A stretch of 64,000 nucleotides of DNA, taken from contig OZ024753.1 of the NCBI GenBank assembly GCA_964016885.1, positions 27,404,001 through 27,468,000 on the forward strand, given 5' to 3'. Of the stretch, positions 40,760-57,739 are shown piece by piece. Both the position numbers and the translations under genes were made by a program. A model generated the notes under the pieces. That model saw only the letters and a list, made by a program, of their open reading frames with translations. It did no database searches and was not told where the DNA came from. This stretch comes from Eledone cirrhosa. Taxonomy: Eukaryota. The first letter of the stretch is position 1. Each line of letters opens with the position of its first letter.

Positions 40760-40802
40760 GTCAAAGTTCTTTCGTCACACATTCTGTGACCTCATCAGTG
40801 AC
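40760..40802 (-). ncRNA. Minimal HHR
   Basis: GTCA-CTGATGA-(G)GTCACA gaatg TGTGAC-GAAA-GAAC-TT-TGAC. Confidence 0.65.
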
Positions 40803-40960
40803 TGGGGATTCTTTTCTTTGTTTTTGTAACTCTCCTTTGTTCTGTCCTACGCCATTTTGTTTCTGTCTGTAGTCTATAGTAACTCTAATACTCTGGTGGA
40901 TGGATTAAAACAGAAAATTAAAAAAAAACACACACAATGGAAAGTATCCAGCAAATAGCT

Positions 40961-41935
40961 AACTTTCTTGATATTAATCTTGATCTACTTACTGCCTCTT
41001 TTAAACCCTATCATAAACCTAATGAAAATCTTAGGTATATACACAAAGAGTCTTGCCATCCCCCTATAGTTTTTAATAATCTTATTCCTAACATTAGCCG
41101 TAGGATTTCTACCTTATCTTCGTCTATAGACATTTATAATAAAGCCGCCCCTTATTATAATAAAGCCCTTAAGAACAGCGGTTTTACAGAAAAAATTTCT
41201 TATTTACCTACCCCCCCCCCCCCTAAAACTAACCATAATAACAGGAAAAGGAAGATTATTTGGTTCACCCCCCCCCCCCCCTTCTCTCTAACTGTCAAAA
41301 CTAATGTAGGAAGGAAATTCCTTGAACTATTAGACAAACATTTTCCTCCTAATCATAGATATTATAAGATTTTTAATAGGAATGTAGTTAAGATCAGCTA
41401 CACATGTTGCCCATCTATGAGGTCCAAAATCACCAGTTCAAACCGTACGAGGATAAATCCAGGATGCAGTTGCAGGAAGCCGGATGAATGCCCATTGCAG
41501 GGTAAATGTAACACAAAATCTGTCGTTTATGAGGCTAAGATAACGCCAGTTATCAACAACCAGCCAGCCAGGAGTGAGCGATATGTCGGTATGACCCAGG
41601 ACAGGTTTAAAACCAGATTTTACTCCCATGTCGCTTCTTTTAAGCACTCCGATAAACGAACATCAACGGCCCTCGCAAGTAAGGTATGGGATCTCAAGGA
41701 TAGTAATATCCCGTACTCTATTGATTGGTCTATATTAGACCATTCGAGGGAGTACCAAAGGGGCACAAAGAATTGTTCTTTGTGCACCACAGAAAAGTAT
41801 AGGATTTTGCTAAACTTGAGAGCCACTTCCGCTTGCCTTAACTCAAAGACTGAGATCTTCAGATGCTGTCCTCATCTGAAATCGCATCTGATCTGTAACT
41901 GGATTGACACTCCTATGATAAATCAACCGCCTTGA
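40961..41935 (+). CDS. RT thumb plus GIY-YIG endonuclease, 5'-truncated
   Basis: Motifs as listed for family F. Confidence 0.85.
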   Translation, partial: NFLDINLDLLTASFKPYHKPNENLRYIHKESCHPPIVFNNLIPNISRRISTLSSSIDIYNKAAPYYNKALKNSGFTEKISYLPTPPPPKTNHNNRKRKIIWFTPPPPFSLTVKTNVGRKFLELLDKHFPPNHRYYKIFNRNVVKISYTCCPSMRSKITSSNRTRINPGCSCRKPDECPLQGKCNTKSVVYEAKITPVINNQPARSERYVGMTQDRFKTRFYSHVASFKHSDKRTSTALASKVWDLKDSNIPYSIDWSILDHSREYQRGTKNCSLCTTEKYRILLNLRATSACLNSKTEIFRCCPHLKSHLICNWIDTPMINQPP

Positions 41936-42156
41936 ACTCCTTTTCTGCTCTTTACTTCTGCTACGGTTTTTATTTTGCTGATTCTACCTTCTGTACTTCT
42001 GTATATTTACAAAATTTTTTTCTCCCTTACCTCCCCTTATATTTTACCTCCTCTTAGCCCCCCCCCATATATTCTTTTTGTTTTGCCCTTCAGATACCTA
42101 TGTGTATGTGTATGTATTTTTGTGTGTATATATATATATGTATATATATATATATG

Positions 42157-42192
<36 letters not shown>

Positions 42193-42338
42193 TATATATA
42201 TATATGTAGATAAATCTACCAAGAGTTTACGGTAGTATCCAATCCGTATGAAGAACTCAATGTAATCCGGATATCATGGAAAGAAGAGATGCATTCAAAA
42301 ATCACTTTCGGTGAAAGATAAACGGAATACAGAGTCAA

Positions 42339-42444
42339 GATAAAATATAAAAAAAATAATGAATAAAACAATGAAGCAGTTCCTTATATTAAACAAAAAA
42401 GGAACTGTTTCATTGTTTTATTCATTATTTTTTTAATATTTTAT
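42339..42444. repeat. Fold-back inverted repeat (about 46-bp arms)
   Basis: ataatgaataaaacaatgaagcagttcctt / aaggaactgtttcattgttttattcattat. Confidence 0.85.
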
Positions 42445-42741
42445 ATATATATATATGTATGTGTGTGTTTGTGTATGTGTATATATATGTATATTTGTGT
42501 ATATGTGGATAAACCAGGTTTTTTTCATTTTTTTCTTTCTGAAGATTGAAGGAAACATTTTTTGCTTTTAAGAAACCTCTGGTGAATGGAATAATTGCCT
42601 TATGTTGCTTTATTACTTTACTACTATATATACGTTTATGTAAGGTTCATTTGTCTTTTCTAATACTGAGTTTTACACATACACACATGTATATGTGTGT
42701 GTGTATGTGTATGCATATGTGTATATGTACGTATATGTGTA

Positions 42742-42806
<65 letters not shown>

Positions 42807-42867
42807 ATGTATGTATGTATATATGTGTGTGTGTATTTATTATTTGTTTATGTATGTGTGTGTGTGG

Positions 42868-42907
<40 letters not shown>

Positions 42908-43041
42908 GTATTTGTATTTGGTTGTGCGTGTTTTTGATATATACGTATTTGCATGTGTATAATTGTTTAGCTATGTATGTATATGTGTGTTTACGTATAT
43001 GTGTGTGTGTGTGTGTGTGCGTTTATATTTTTATATTTTAG

Positions 43042-43133
<92 letters not shown>

Positions 43134-44050
43134 ATATAATTACATATACATGTGTGTGTGTTTATATTGTATACGTGTGCGTGTTTGTGTATGTATGTGT
43201 ATGTATGTGTTTTTGTATTTGTTTATGTATATTTATGTATGAGAGTGTGTGTATGTGTTTACTATTTCGTACGTATGTATACGTGCTTTTGTGTGTATTA
43301 CTTACCACGCGTGTCTGTCCTGTTAGCTGGGTCATATATCGGTGTCAAAAATTTTTAATATATTTATCTATTTTTTTTTCTGATACTTATTTGCGTGTGT
43401 GAATATGTAGAGGAGTGCATTCATGTATGTGTATGTATGTACGTTTTGTATGGTTGTGTGAATGTATGTATGTGTGCATATATATGTGTGTGTGTATGGC
43501 TATGTTTGTGTATGTGTATGCTTGTACACACACATGTGTATGTGTGTGTATGTGTATGTGTGTATATGTATATATATATGTATATATATATATATATATA
43601 TATGTACATATATATATGTGTGTGTGTATGCGTGTGTGTGTGTGTGTGTGTGTATGTGTGTGTGTGCGTGTGTGTATATGTATTAATGTATGTATGTGTA
43701 TATGTGTGTATATATGTGTATGTGTATGTAAGTGTACGTTTTATATATATGTGTATATGTATATATGTATGCGTACATATATATATGTATATATGTATGT
43801 GTGTGTAAGTATGCTTTTGGATTTTTTTGTGTGTGTGTTTGCATGCGTAGTTTTATTTTATTTTATTTTTCCTTTCCTTCTTCCTTCTCCAACTTCACAT
43901 TCATATAGATTGCATTTTTGTTTTTGTAATCCAAATTCAATAAACAAACCAGGATTTTTTCGTTCTGACAATTGAAAGCAAAACCTTTTGCTTTTAAGAA
44001 ACCACTGGTAAATGGAATAATTGCCTTATGTTGTTTATTACATAATAATA
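42445..44050 (+). mobile_element. Microsatellite-rich ORF-less repeat bounded by two HHRs about 1.43 kb apart
   Basis: HHR block at about 42533-42593 (degenerate) and 43958-44017. The 3' part is duplicated at 46717-47680. Confidence 0.7.
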
Positions 44051-44213
<163 letters not shown>

Positions 44214-44340
44214 ACATGTATATATAATATAATATATATATATAATATATATATATAATATATATATAATATATATATATATATAATATATATATATATA
44301 TAATATATAATATATATATATAATATATATATATAATATA

Positions 44341-46455
44341 CCTTTCTAGTGGGTCCGGGTATGATTTTACATTCATTTAAATTATTGATGTATTGTTTTA
44401 TTGATATTTTTTATCTGTTTGTCCCGAATCTTCCTTTATCGATTTTTTATCGTATGGTTGATTGTAGACTTGTTCTATATGTGACGGTATTTTAACGATA
44501 GTTATAGCTCTGATTCATCTGAATTATTGAGCCCTCTGCCGCTCAGTTCGAATTTTGTTTATCGTGAACTCGTGCGCCGATTTTTCGATACTCGATCTTT
44601 CTAATATTTTTAGCTCTGGAGATAGCTATCCACCAGTTAATTTTATTGCTCATTTTTTGTCGATTCTATTGAGTGATGAATAGCTTTTGTTTTATTTTAA
44701 CATGTCTATTGAGCACTCTTATTCGATATGTGTATTTCCACATTCCCTCGAATTGTTTTCGCGGATATAGGGGTTATCTCCCTTGTCTAATGCCATGTGC
44801 GTTTTTCACTGGTAATTAGCCCCTTTTCCGCTAGGAAAAAAGCTCGTTGAGAAAGTAAACTCCGTTCCGCTTACTCTAGTAGGCTTTTATATTTATATGT
44901 GAGCTGATAGAGTACAGTCTAAGGATTTACAGAAACCCATGAAGCTAGATTTAACACCTTTCTAGTGGGTCCGGGTATGATTTTACATTCATTTAAATTA
45001 TTGATGTATTGTTTTATTGATATTTTTTATCTGTTTGTCCCGAATCTTCCTTTATCGATTTTTTATCGTATGGTTGATTGTAGACTTGTTCTATATGTGA
45101 CGGTATTTTAACGATAGTTATAGCTCTGATTCATCTGAATTATTGAGCCCTCTGCCGCTCATTTCGAATTTTGTTTATCGTGAACTCGTGCGCCGATTTT
45201 TCGATACTCGATCTTTCTAATATTTTTAGCTCTGGACATAGCTATCCACCAGTTAATTTTATTGCTCATTTTTTGTCGATTCTATTGAGTGATGAATAGC
45301 TTTTGTTTTATTTTAACATGTCTATTGAGCACTCTTATTCGATATGTGTATTTCCACATTCCCTCGAATTGTTTTCGCGGATATAGGGGTTATCTCCCTT
45401 GTCTAATGCCATGTGCGTTTTTCACTGGTAGTTAGCCCCTTTTCCGCTAGGAAAAAAGCTCGTTGAGAAAGTAAACTCCGTTCCGCTTACTCTAGTAGGC
45501 TTTTATATTTATATGTGAGCTGATAGAGTACAGTCTAAGGATTTACAGAAACCCATGAAGCTAGATTTAACACCTTTCTAGTGGGTCCGGGTATGATTTT
45601 ACATTCATTTAAATTATTGATGTATTGTTTTATTGATATTTTTTATCTGTTTGTCCCGAATCTTCCTTTATCGATTTTTTATCGTATGGTTGATTGTAGA
45701 CTTGTTCTATATGTGACGGTATTTTAACGATAGTTATAGCTCTGATTCATCTGAATTATTGAGCCCTCTGCCGCTCATTTCGAATTTTGTTTATCGTGAA
45801 CTCGTGCGCCGATTTTTCGATACTCGATCTTTCTAATATTTTTAGCTCTGGACATAGCTATCCACCAGTTAATTTTATTGCTCATTTTTTGTCGATTCTA
45901 TTTAGTGATGAATAGCTTTTGTTTTATTTTAACATGTCTATTGAGCACTCTTATTCGATATGTGTATTTCCACATTCCCTCGAATTGTTTTCGCGGATAT
46001 AGGGGTTATCTCCCTTGTCTAATGCCATGTGCGTTTTTCACTGGTAGTTAGCCCCTTTTCCGCTAGGAAAAAAGCTCGTTGAGAACGTAAACTCCGTTCC
46101 GCTTACTCTAGTAGGCTTTTATATTTATATGTGAGCTGATAGAGTACAGTCTAAGGATTTACAGAAACCCATGAAGCTAGATTTAACACCTTTCTAGTGG
46201 GTCCGGGTATGATTTTACATTCATTTAAATTATTGATGTATTGTTTTATTGATATTTTTTATCTGTTTGTCCCGAATCTTCCTTTATCGATTTTTTATCG
46301 TATGGTTGATTGTAGACTTGTTCTATATGTGACGGTATTTTAACGATAGTTATAGCTCTGATTCATCTGAATTATTGAGCCCTCTGCCGCTCATTTCGAA
46401 TTTTGTTTATCGTGAACTCGTGCGCCGATTTTTCGATACTCGATCTTTCTAATAT
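44341..46455 (+). repeat. 616-bp tandem array x3.4, each unit carrying an extended HHR; retrozyme-like
   Basis: CCTTTCTAGTGGGTCCGGG at 44341, 44957, 45573 and 46189. There are only a few substitutions between units, and (TA)n lies on both sides. Confidence 0.95.
44842..44976 (+). ncRNA. Type I HHR, U3-A8 core, extended stems II and III (copies at 45458-45592 and 46074-46208)
   Basis: GCTCG-TTGAGAA-A-GTAAA(C)TCC..GGATTTAC-A-GAAA-CCCA..CTAGA..TCTAG-TGGG-TC-CGGGT. Confidence 0.7.
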
Positions 46456-46545
46456 ATATATATATATATATAATAAATATATATATAATATATAATATAT
46501 ATATATATAATATATATATATAATATATATATATATATATAATAT

Positions 46546-47680
<1,135 letters not shown>

Positions 47681-47833
47681 TTAAGCTCAGTTGCCTACAT
47701 AGAGAACTCTTTTTTCCTGGACTTTTCCGATGGAATTACTTCATTTACACATATATTATATATATATATATATTATATATATATATTATATATATATATT
47801 ATATATATATATATTATATATTATATATATATT

Positions 47834-47887
<54 letters not shown>

Positions 47888-47906
47888 ATATATATATATT
47901 ATATAT

Positions 47907-47941
<35 letters not shown>

Positions 47942-48010
47942 ATATATATATATTATATATATATATTATATATATATATTATATATATATATTATATTAT
48001 ATATATATGT

Positions 48011-48042
<32 letters not shown>

Positions 48043-48050
48043 ATATATAT

Positions 48051-48128
<78 letters not shown>

Positions 48129-48199
48129 ATATATATTATATATATATATTATATATATATATAATATATATATATATATAATATATATATATATTATAT

Positions 48200-48303
<104 letters not shown>

Positions 48304-48358
48304 ATATATATATATATATTATTATATATATATTAATATATATAATATATATATATAT

Positions 48359-48390
<32 letters not shown>

Positions 48391-48431
48391 ATCTATATAT
48401 ATTATATATTATATATATATATTATATATAT

Positions 48432-48474
<43 letters not shown>

Positions 48475-48528
48475 CATATATATATAATATATATATATAT
48501 ATAATATATATATATAATATATATATAT

Positions 48529-48563
<35 letters not shown>

Positions 48564-48572
48564 ATATATATA

Positions 48573-48603
<31 letters not shown>

Positions 48604-48634
48604 ATATATATTATATATATATATCTATATATAT

Positions 48635-48694
<60 letters not shown>

Positions 48695-48696
48695 TA

Positions 48697-50591
<1,895 letters not shown>

Positions 50592-50605
50592 ATTATATAT
50601 ATGTA

Positions 50606-50651
<46 letters not shown>

Positions 50652-50748
50652 ATATATATATATATATATTATATATATATATATATATTATATATATATA
50701 TATTATATATATATATATATATTATATATATTATATATATATATATAT

Positions 50749-50780
<32 letters not shown>

Positions 50781-50826
50781 ATATATATATTATATAAGAT
50801 CAAAAGATGGTTAAAAGAGTTCCATG

Positions 50827-50897
50827 TATTTTATTATGCGCATTTCAAAAACAAATATCATCATGCAATAATATTTGTGTTTTCATCAGATAAAATA
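50827..50897 (-). ncRNA. Type I HHR at the end of an unassigned UTR-like segment (50795-51676)
   Basis: TATTTTAT-CTGATGA-AAACACAAATAT..ATATTTGTTTTT-GAAA-TGCGCA-TA-ATAAAATA. Confidence 0.85.
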
Positions 50898-51676
50898 GGA
50901 AGACATGATATGAAGGTTAAAAACACTTGTGAATAGTGCAGTTTTAAATCAACATATGAAAAGTAGTTTTAGATTGATGTGTGATATTGGGAAAAAAAAT
51001 TTGAGGTGGGGGGGATGAAAAAGAGGAGGAGTTGAGAGTAAAAAGTGGAGGGGGAGGAGTATAATGAGGAAGGATGAGATAGGAGGAGAGAGATGGGTTT
51101 ATAACTGAGAAAAATATATTGTTTTACATAGAGAGGTTGAAAAACCGTTGGAAGATAATGTATAAATTAAAAGAATTTGAAAATTAACGAAGAGAAAAAT
51201 AATGTAAAGTTAAGGTTTGTATATTGAAGGGATTAATAATATGTGCGATGAAAAGAAATTGTTAATATGTATTAAGAATAATATTTAAGGGTTTAATAAT
51301 ATGTGCGATGGGAAGAAAATGTTGATATGTATTATTTAAAAAAATGTAAAAATATAGCAATAGTAATGTAAGTAAGAATATATTGTGAAAGAAGTAGAAG
51401 AGGATAGGATGAATAATCTAACGTAAAAAAAATGTTTATGTTTACGAAGGATTTTTCAAGGTGATATAAAGTAAGAATGTATTGTACTGTGTAATAATTG
51501 TTTTCTATGTTAGGCACAATGAGAAGAGGTACAGATTAGGGGTTAGAAATTAAAGGAAAAAGAAAAAGAAAAGGAAAAGGAAGAAAGGGGTGTGATAAAT
51601 AGGAGTGATATAGAATGAGTAACTAGTATTATATAATGTATAATAAATAACTTTGAAATAAGGTAGAAAGATGGGT

Positions 51677-51876
51677 NNNNNNNNNNNNNNNNNNNNNNNN
51701 NNNNNNNNNNNNNNNNNNNNNNNNNNNNNNNNNNNNNNNNNNNNNNNNNNNNNNNNNNNNNNNNNNNNNNNNNNNNNNNNNNNNNNNNNNNNNNNNNNNN
51801 NNNNNNNNNNNNNNNNNNNNNNNNNNNNNNNNNNNNNNNNNNNNNNNNNNNNNNNNNNNNNNNNNNNNNNNNNNNN
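51677..51876. other. Assembly gap (200 N)
   Basis: Run of N. Confidence 1.
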
Positions 51877-52109
51877 CATACATCTGTATGATATACAGTC
51901 TCGGATGCGGGGAAACACCAAAATATCAAAAACCTTCAACATACTATAAACCTTATTGTATCGTAGGCAAGGTCGTACCACTGTCCTTGCTCACACCACC
52001 ACTCACATAATCCATGAGATGCAATATATATATAGAGAACATGCGTCTATCGTATAATTCGCAGTGGTTCAGCATATAGTCAAGCTATAAACGGTATCCA
52101 GTCGGTTCT

Positions 52110-52547
52110 TTAGATAAAAAATGCTTAACCAAGGATATCATATACTCATGTACAGTCACAACTAACAGCTCTTCTGAAACCTACATAGGCTCCACTTCTA
52201 ACTGCTTCAAAACTAGATACAATTCGCACCTCCACTCTTTCAAAAAACACAGTCTAGCCAACTCCACTTCACTATCTAGCTACATACACTATCTAAAAAC
52301 TAAAAATATAATATATACACTTAAATGGGAAGTGGTAGGTAGTGCAACATCGTACAAACCACCTGATAAATTTTGTAACCTCTGTCTACTAGAGACCCAT
52401 ACTATCATCTTCTCTAAACGTAATCTCCTTAATAAAAAATCAGAAGTGTTCGCAAATTGCCAACACCGCTTCCGACACTCGTTCCAAAACTTTAAACCCT
52501 ATATATAATAATGTCAGACTGGAACCGGCACCACCCCTAGCAATTAA
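52110..52547 (+). pseudogene. GIY-YIG endonuclease fragment (not in the ORF track; no start codon)
   Basis: Hand translation: LDKKCLTKDIIYSCTV..TYIGSTSNCFKTRYNSH..STSLS..KFCNLCLLE..LLNKKSE..CQHR. Confidence 0.85.
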
Positions 52548-54062
52548 CATCAGTAGCACACCTTACACCCACATCCACACCCATCTATATACTCTAAAGA
52601 TAATACTGACAGCATTTGAGTGCCACCCACCCTGAGAATACCCCCTTGTACCTCTAATACCGATACACCGACCGTGAACTACTTATTCTGCATTGCACAA
52701 ATATAAGATTAGTATAAACTGGGGACACGGTACTGGTTGTGATAGCATAGTCCTATGCATGAATTACCACCAAGAGATAGATTGATGATTAGATAAATAA
52801 TCGTTTTGTTAAGTGAATATATACTGTAGGCGATCAGTTCATTGAATTATGCACGTAATCATCTTGATGTGGACTCTTTTAATACCTATTAATAGACTCC
52901 ACTCTAGCTCGGAGATGTGATACATAATTGATTTATATTTGAGACGGGGGTTGTCTATTACCTGATGGCCAGACTAGTTTATATGAGAGATCGGATCTCC
53001 GAACCATACCGAAGATTTACTGGAAATGCAAGCAAGCAGTGACCCGGAGCCTACCGGGTGACATATATAATAGTGGGACCATACCAGGTCCTACTGTTGT
53101 ATTACATTTGCATTGAGCAGTGACTTGAGAGCCCGACTCCTCTTATAGAACGTTCAGATATGACACCCCTTAATTATTGGTTGGCAATCATCCTAGTATA
53201 TACACCCTTGTACTTCTTAATGAACAACCCTCTAACTTATAAATGGGTACCATACTCTAGATATTAGTTATAACTTCACATGATAGGCACGTATTTGAAT
53301 CACCATTAATGTAGTTTAGCATAGTAATGTAACTAAAATAACTAGCTAGTTACCTCCCCTTACGCATTAGTTCCCCTTAATCATTCAGGCACTTCCGGAA
53401 TTTGGACAGCATGATATATTAATTAAGAACCGACTGGATACCGTTTATAGCTTGACTATATGCTGGACCACTGCGAATTATACGATAGACGCATGTTCTC
53501 TATATATATATTGCATCTCATGGATTATGTGAGTGGTGGTGTGAGCAAGGACAGTGGTACGACCTTGCCGACGATACAATAAGGTTTATAGTATGTTGAA
53601 GGTTTTTGATATTTTGGTGTTTCCCCGCATCCGAGACTGTATATCATACAGATGTATGAGAATAAATAACTTAACAATTCAGCATATATTATAAGATCAA
53701 TTGCCTGCTTCAACTGCATGACCCTGCAAATATCATTCTGACGCACTCTAATCATGTATAGATAAGACAAGCGTGCATGCTACACGGGAGACTGCTTCAT
53801 GGACTGACTACTCTAAGCTTTCCTCTTGCTTTAGCTTCATAGACTGCCAACGCTTCATGTTTATATTTATTTTCACTCTTGCTTTTATTTTATTTTGTTT
53901 TTATCCTGTAACACTTTATTTTTACCATGTAACACTTTAAATGTAAATTGCCATGCTATTTCATTTGATGAATGTCACCCCACTGTTGATCAATATGCAC
54001 ATATGTTTTATGTGTCTCTTGGGTTGAAAAGGAGGTCAAGTATGTTATAGATCAGTAAATAG

Positions 54063-54111
54063 TTGCTCCGAAGAATCCAAACCTCGGTTTGGAGGAAACA
54101 ATTGTAAGCAA
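54063..54111 (+). ncRNA. Minimal type I HHR with U4C core
   Basis: TTGCT-CCGAAGA-A-TCCAAACC tc GGTTTGGA-G-GAAA-CAATTG-TA-AGCAA. Confidence 0.85.
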
Positions 54112-54329
54112 ATAAATGACTTAAACTGAACTTTGATTATGTAATCTCTATATAACTGCTCTGTAAAACAACTGATGTTATTACATTGAGCTATTTATCT
54201 TACTGGTAATAGGATAGTAATTAAAGACTATCTCTCACTATTTAGGGTTTGTGTATATATAATATATTACCATCAAAGGTTTTATTGCATACATAACCAT
54301 AAATAGTACCCTTAATACTATATATATAT

Positions 54330-54375
<46 letters not shown>

Positions 54376-54381
54376 ATATAT

Positions 54382-54414
<33 letters not shown>

Positions 54415-54451
54415 AAATATATATATATATAATATATATAATATATAATAT

Positions 54452-54483
<32 letters not shown>

Positions 54484-54490
54484 ATATATT

Positions 54491-54554
<64 letters not shown>

Positions 54555-54667
54555 TATATGTATATATATATATTATATATAAATATATATAATATATATA
54601 TAATATATATATATAAAATATATATATATATAATATATATAATATATAATATATATATATATAATAT

Positions 54668-54739
<72 letters not shown>

Positions 54740-55591
54740 TATATATAATATGTATATATATAATATATATATAATATATATATATATAATATATATATAT
54801 AATATATGTATATATAATATATATATATATAATATATATATAATATATATATATATAATATATATATATATAATATATATATATAATATATAATATATAT
54901 ATATAATATATATATATAATATATATATATAATATATATATATAATATATGGAAAGTTATATTTAAATTGTTGGGTTACAACTAGTAAATATTTATAACT
55001 GATATAAAAGCACTCGACAAGTATTTGGAGTATATTTACGATATTAAATAAATGGAAACTATATTTATAAAACCATATTTATTTCATTATATATATTTCA
55101 GGGATATCATATTAACAATATGCTATGCCTTCCTCAGACAAAATACAATATAGACAGTTTTATAGATAAATAGATTTGACATACCGTTCAACATCGACTT
55201 GTATTTGAAAAGTTGATTTGGCAGTGAAAAAAATTGTAAACAGAAAGAAAGAAAGAAAGAGAGAGAAAAAAGGAAAGAAAGAAAAGAAAGAAAGAAAACG
55301 AAGAAAAAGAAAAAGAAGAAAAAGAAGAAATGCATGGAACAAAATAGAGAGATGGAAAGATAGATAAAGAGAAGAACTTCATGTAAAGAAACAGAGAGAG
55401 ATATATATAGAGAGAGGAAATAGATAGAGATAGATATATATAGAGAAAAGTAGGTAGTTGGACATCCGTTGAATAAACGTATCAATGATACATTTATTTA
55501 TTTATTTATTTATTTAGCTCTAGTATTAATGTAAGGGAGATATATGTGGTTAGGAGAGAAACCAGCTGTTATATAGAGAGAAAAATGAAAA

Positions 55592-57739
55592 TAGATAAAT
55601 CTGACTCTTTTATAAGGAGAATCAGGTGGCGAGCATTCCACTTTGATAAATCTAATATAAATGAAAATGTCTCGGACTTAAACAAAGTTTTCAAATCTAA
55701 AAGAAATCCACCCCCTAACAAACTTTTATCTGACTTTGAAAACGATATAATTTCTATCATACAAGGGGTCAAATTCAAGAGAAACTTCAAAGGCCAGGAA
55801 TATCTGAAAGGCATTAAGGATAATATTGAGAGCTTAGAGAAAACTGAGAAGATCTTGGTGAAATCTGACAAGACCAACAACCTCTATGGAGTGCAGAAAG
55901 GCATGTATAATGGCCTCATACTGAAGGAACTGAGGAAAAAGTACAAGGTAGCAGATAAGGCCGAGCTTGAGAAAATGAATGTCGAAGCATCTTGTATAAT
56001 GCACGAGTTGGAAATTGAGAACAGAACACAACCTTTCGTGCCCAGGAAACCGAAGATCAATATGAAAGATCACAAGAGGAATGTTGAAAATGACTTGCCA
56101 GTTAGATTGATCGCACCATCAAAATCGGACCTGGGCAAATTAAGCAAAAACATTCTTGACAGGGTGATACAGCAAATTAAGAACTTGGATTGTTTACCTA
56201 ACCTGAGCTTGTGGAAGGGAACTGGAGAGGTTGTTGAGTGGTTTAAGCAAATTAAATATAACAATAATAATAAGTTTATTCAACTTGATATTGCTAACTA
56301 TTATTCTTCTATTACCCCTAATCTACTAAATAAGGCACTAAATTACGCATTCAAACATACAGACCTAACTAGCAATGAAATGCATATTATATCATCGGCT
56401 AGGAAAACATTGATAGAATTTAATGACCAACTATGGACCAGAGCAGATAGAGATAGTAATTTTGACATTACTATGGGATCATCCGACTCAGCTCAGGTAA
56501 CTGACCTTGTGGGCTTATTTTTAATCAATTCGCTACATAGGAAAATACCTGGTACTACCGGAGGTTTATATAGAGATGACATGCTTTTACTTATTGATAA
56601 TAATAACTCCGAACTAAATAGAAAATGTAAACAAATTACACAATTTTTTAATTACTTTAATCTTAAAATAGAAATTGAGAACAACCATAGAATAGTCAAT
56701 TTCCTAGATATAACATTAAATCTCAACACATGTCTTCACTATCCTTTTCACAAGTTGAATGAAAACTTAAACTATGTCAGCTTTAACTCTAACCACCCCA
56801 GATCTGTCAAAAACACTATAGTAAACTCTGTTCAAAAACGTATCTCTAGAATCTCGTCTAATAGAAAGATTTTCGACGAAAAAGCCCAGTACTACAATGA
56901 AACGTTAGCTAGAGCAGGATATAGTGATAAGATTATGTACATAGATAATGATAGACAAACTAAACAAAATAACAACTATTTTAATTACGGCAACAACCTT
57001 AACAACTATAATAGAAAGCATTACAATAATTCCAAAAGCCAAAAAAGAAATAGAACTAGGAACATAATTTGGTTTGCCCCCCCCCCCCCCCCCTTTCTCA
57101 CTAAACATTAAAACCCACATCGCTAAACTATTTTTTAAAGCTCTTGATAATCGCTTCCCTAGAACATATAGGTATCACTCAATTTTCAATAGACATACTA
57201 TAAAATTAACCTACTCATCCACCAAAAATTTAGCACAAAATATTAATAGAATAAATAATAGGAACTTAAAACCTAGTGATAATAGCATAAATAATATACA
57301 AGTTAACAAATGTAACTGTAGAGATAGATCTAAATGTCCGTTAAATAACAACTGCTTAGTTAAAAATATAATATACAATTGTAATGTTAAAACTGACTCT
57401 AATTCTTTTAACTACGTCGGTTCCACATCGACGGAATTTAAACTTCGCTATAATAACCACAAGAATTCTTTCACAGATCCAAGCAAAAAATCTTCAACAG
57501 CACTATCAGGCGTACTCTGGCAACTTAAGCTAGATAACGTTAGATATTCGATGGCTTGGAATATAGTCTCAAGAGGGATTCCTTTTAATTCATCCTCTGA
57601 GACATGTGACCTCTGCGCAGAGGAGATATTCTTTATACTAAAATCTAAAAATTCCCTTAATCTACGGACAAATTTATTCAGTTGCTGCAAACATAGATTA
57701 AACTCAACTTTTAAATATAAATTTAAATTTAAAATGTAG
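55592..57739 (+). pseudogene. RT plus GIY-YIG ORF missing the first about 20 aa, with a single frameshift in a C17 run (57077-57093)
   Basis: FIRRIRWRAFHF, SDKT, MKDHK, FIQLDI, GLYRDD. The second frame has CNCRDRSKCPL, IIY..YVG, CDLC, CKH. Confidence 0.9.

Larger units (their letters stand above)
40600..42110 (+). mobile_element. Naiad-like family F: probable inverted pLTR, then RT thumb and EN, then 3' UTR
   Basis: ORF 40937-41935 contains NFLDINL, SCHPP, WFTPP, CSCRKPDECPL..C, VVY..YVG, CSLC, CPH. Confidence 0.8.
51877..54320 (+). mobile_element. Naiad-like family G: inverted UTR copy, EN fragment and about 1.8 kb 3' UTR
   Basis: 51877-52110 is the reverse complement of 53425-53658. Confidence 0.85.

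Noticed and set aside
44671-44720. Box C-like GTGATGA or SECIS-like hairpin in the 616-bp unit
   Set aside because: No proper box D, no apical AA, and no linked UGA-containing ORF.
44903-44912. CTGATAGA as the hammerhead core of the 616-bp unit
   Set aside because: It has no adjacent helix I partner. The upstream TTGAGAA core gives a complete fold.
44341-46455. CRISPR array or rDNA/snRNA tandem
   Set aside because: There are no unique spacers or cas genes, the context is eukaryotic, and no rRNA or snRNA motif is recognisable.
51543-51981. ORFs spanning the N run
   Set aside because: Artefacts of the assembly gap.
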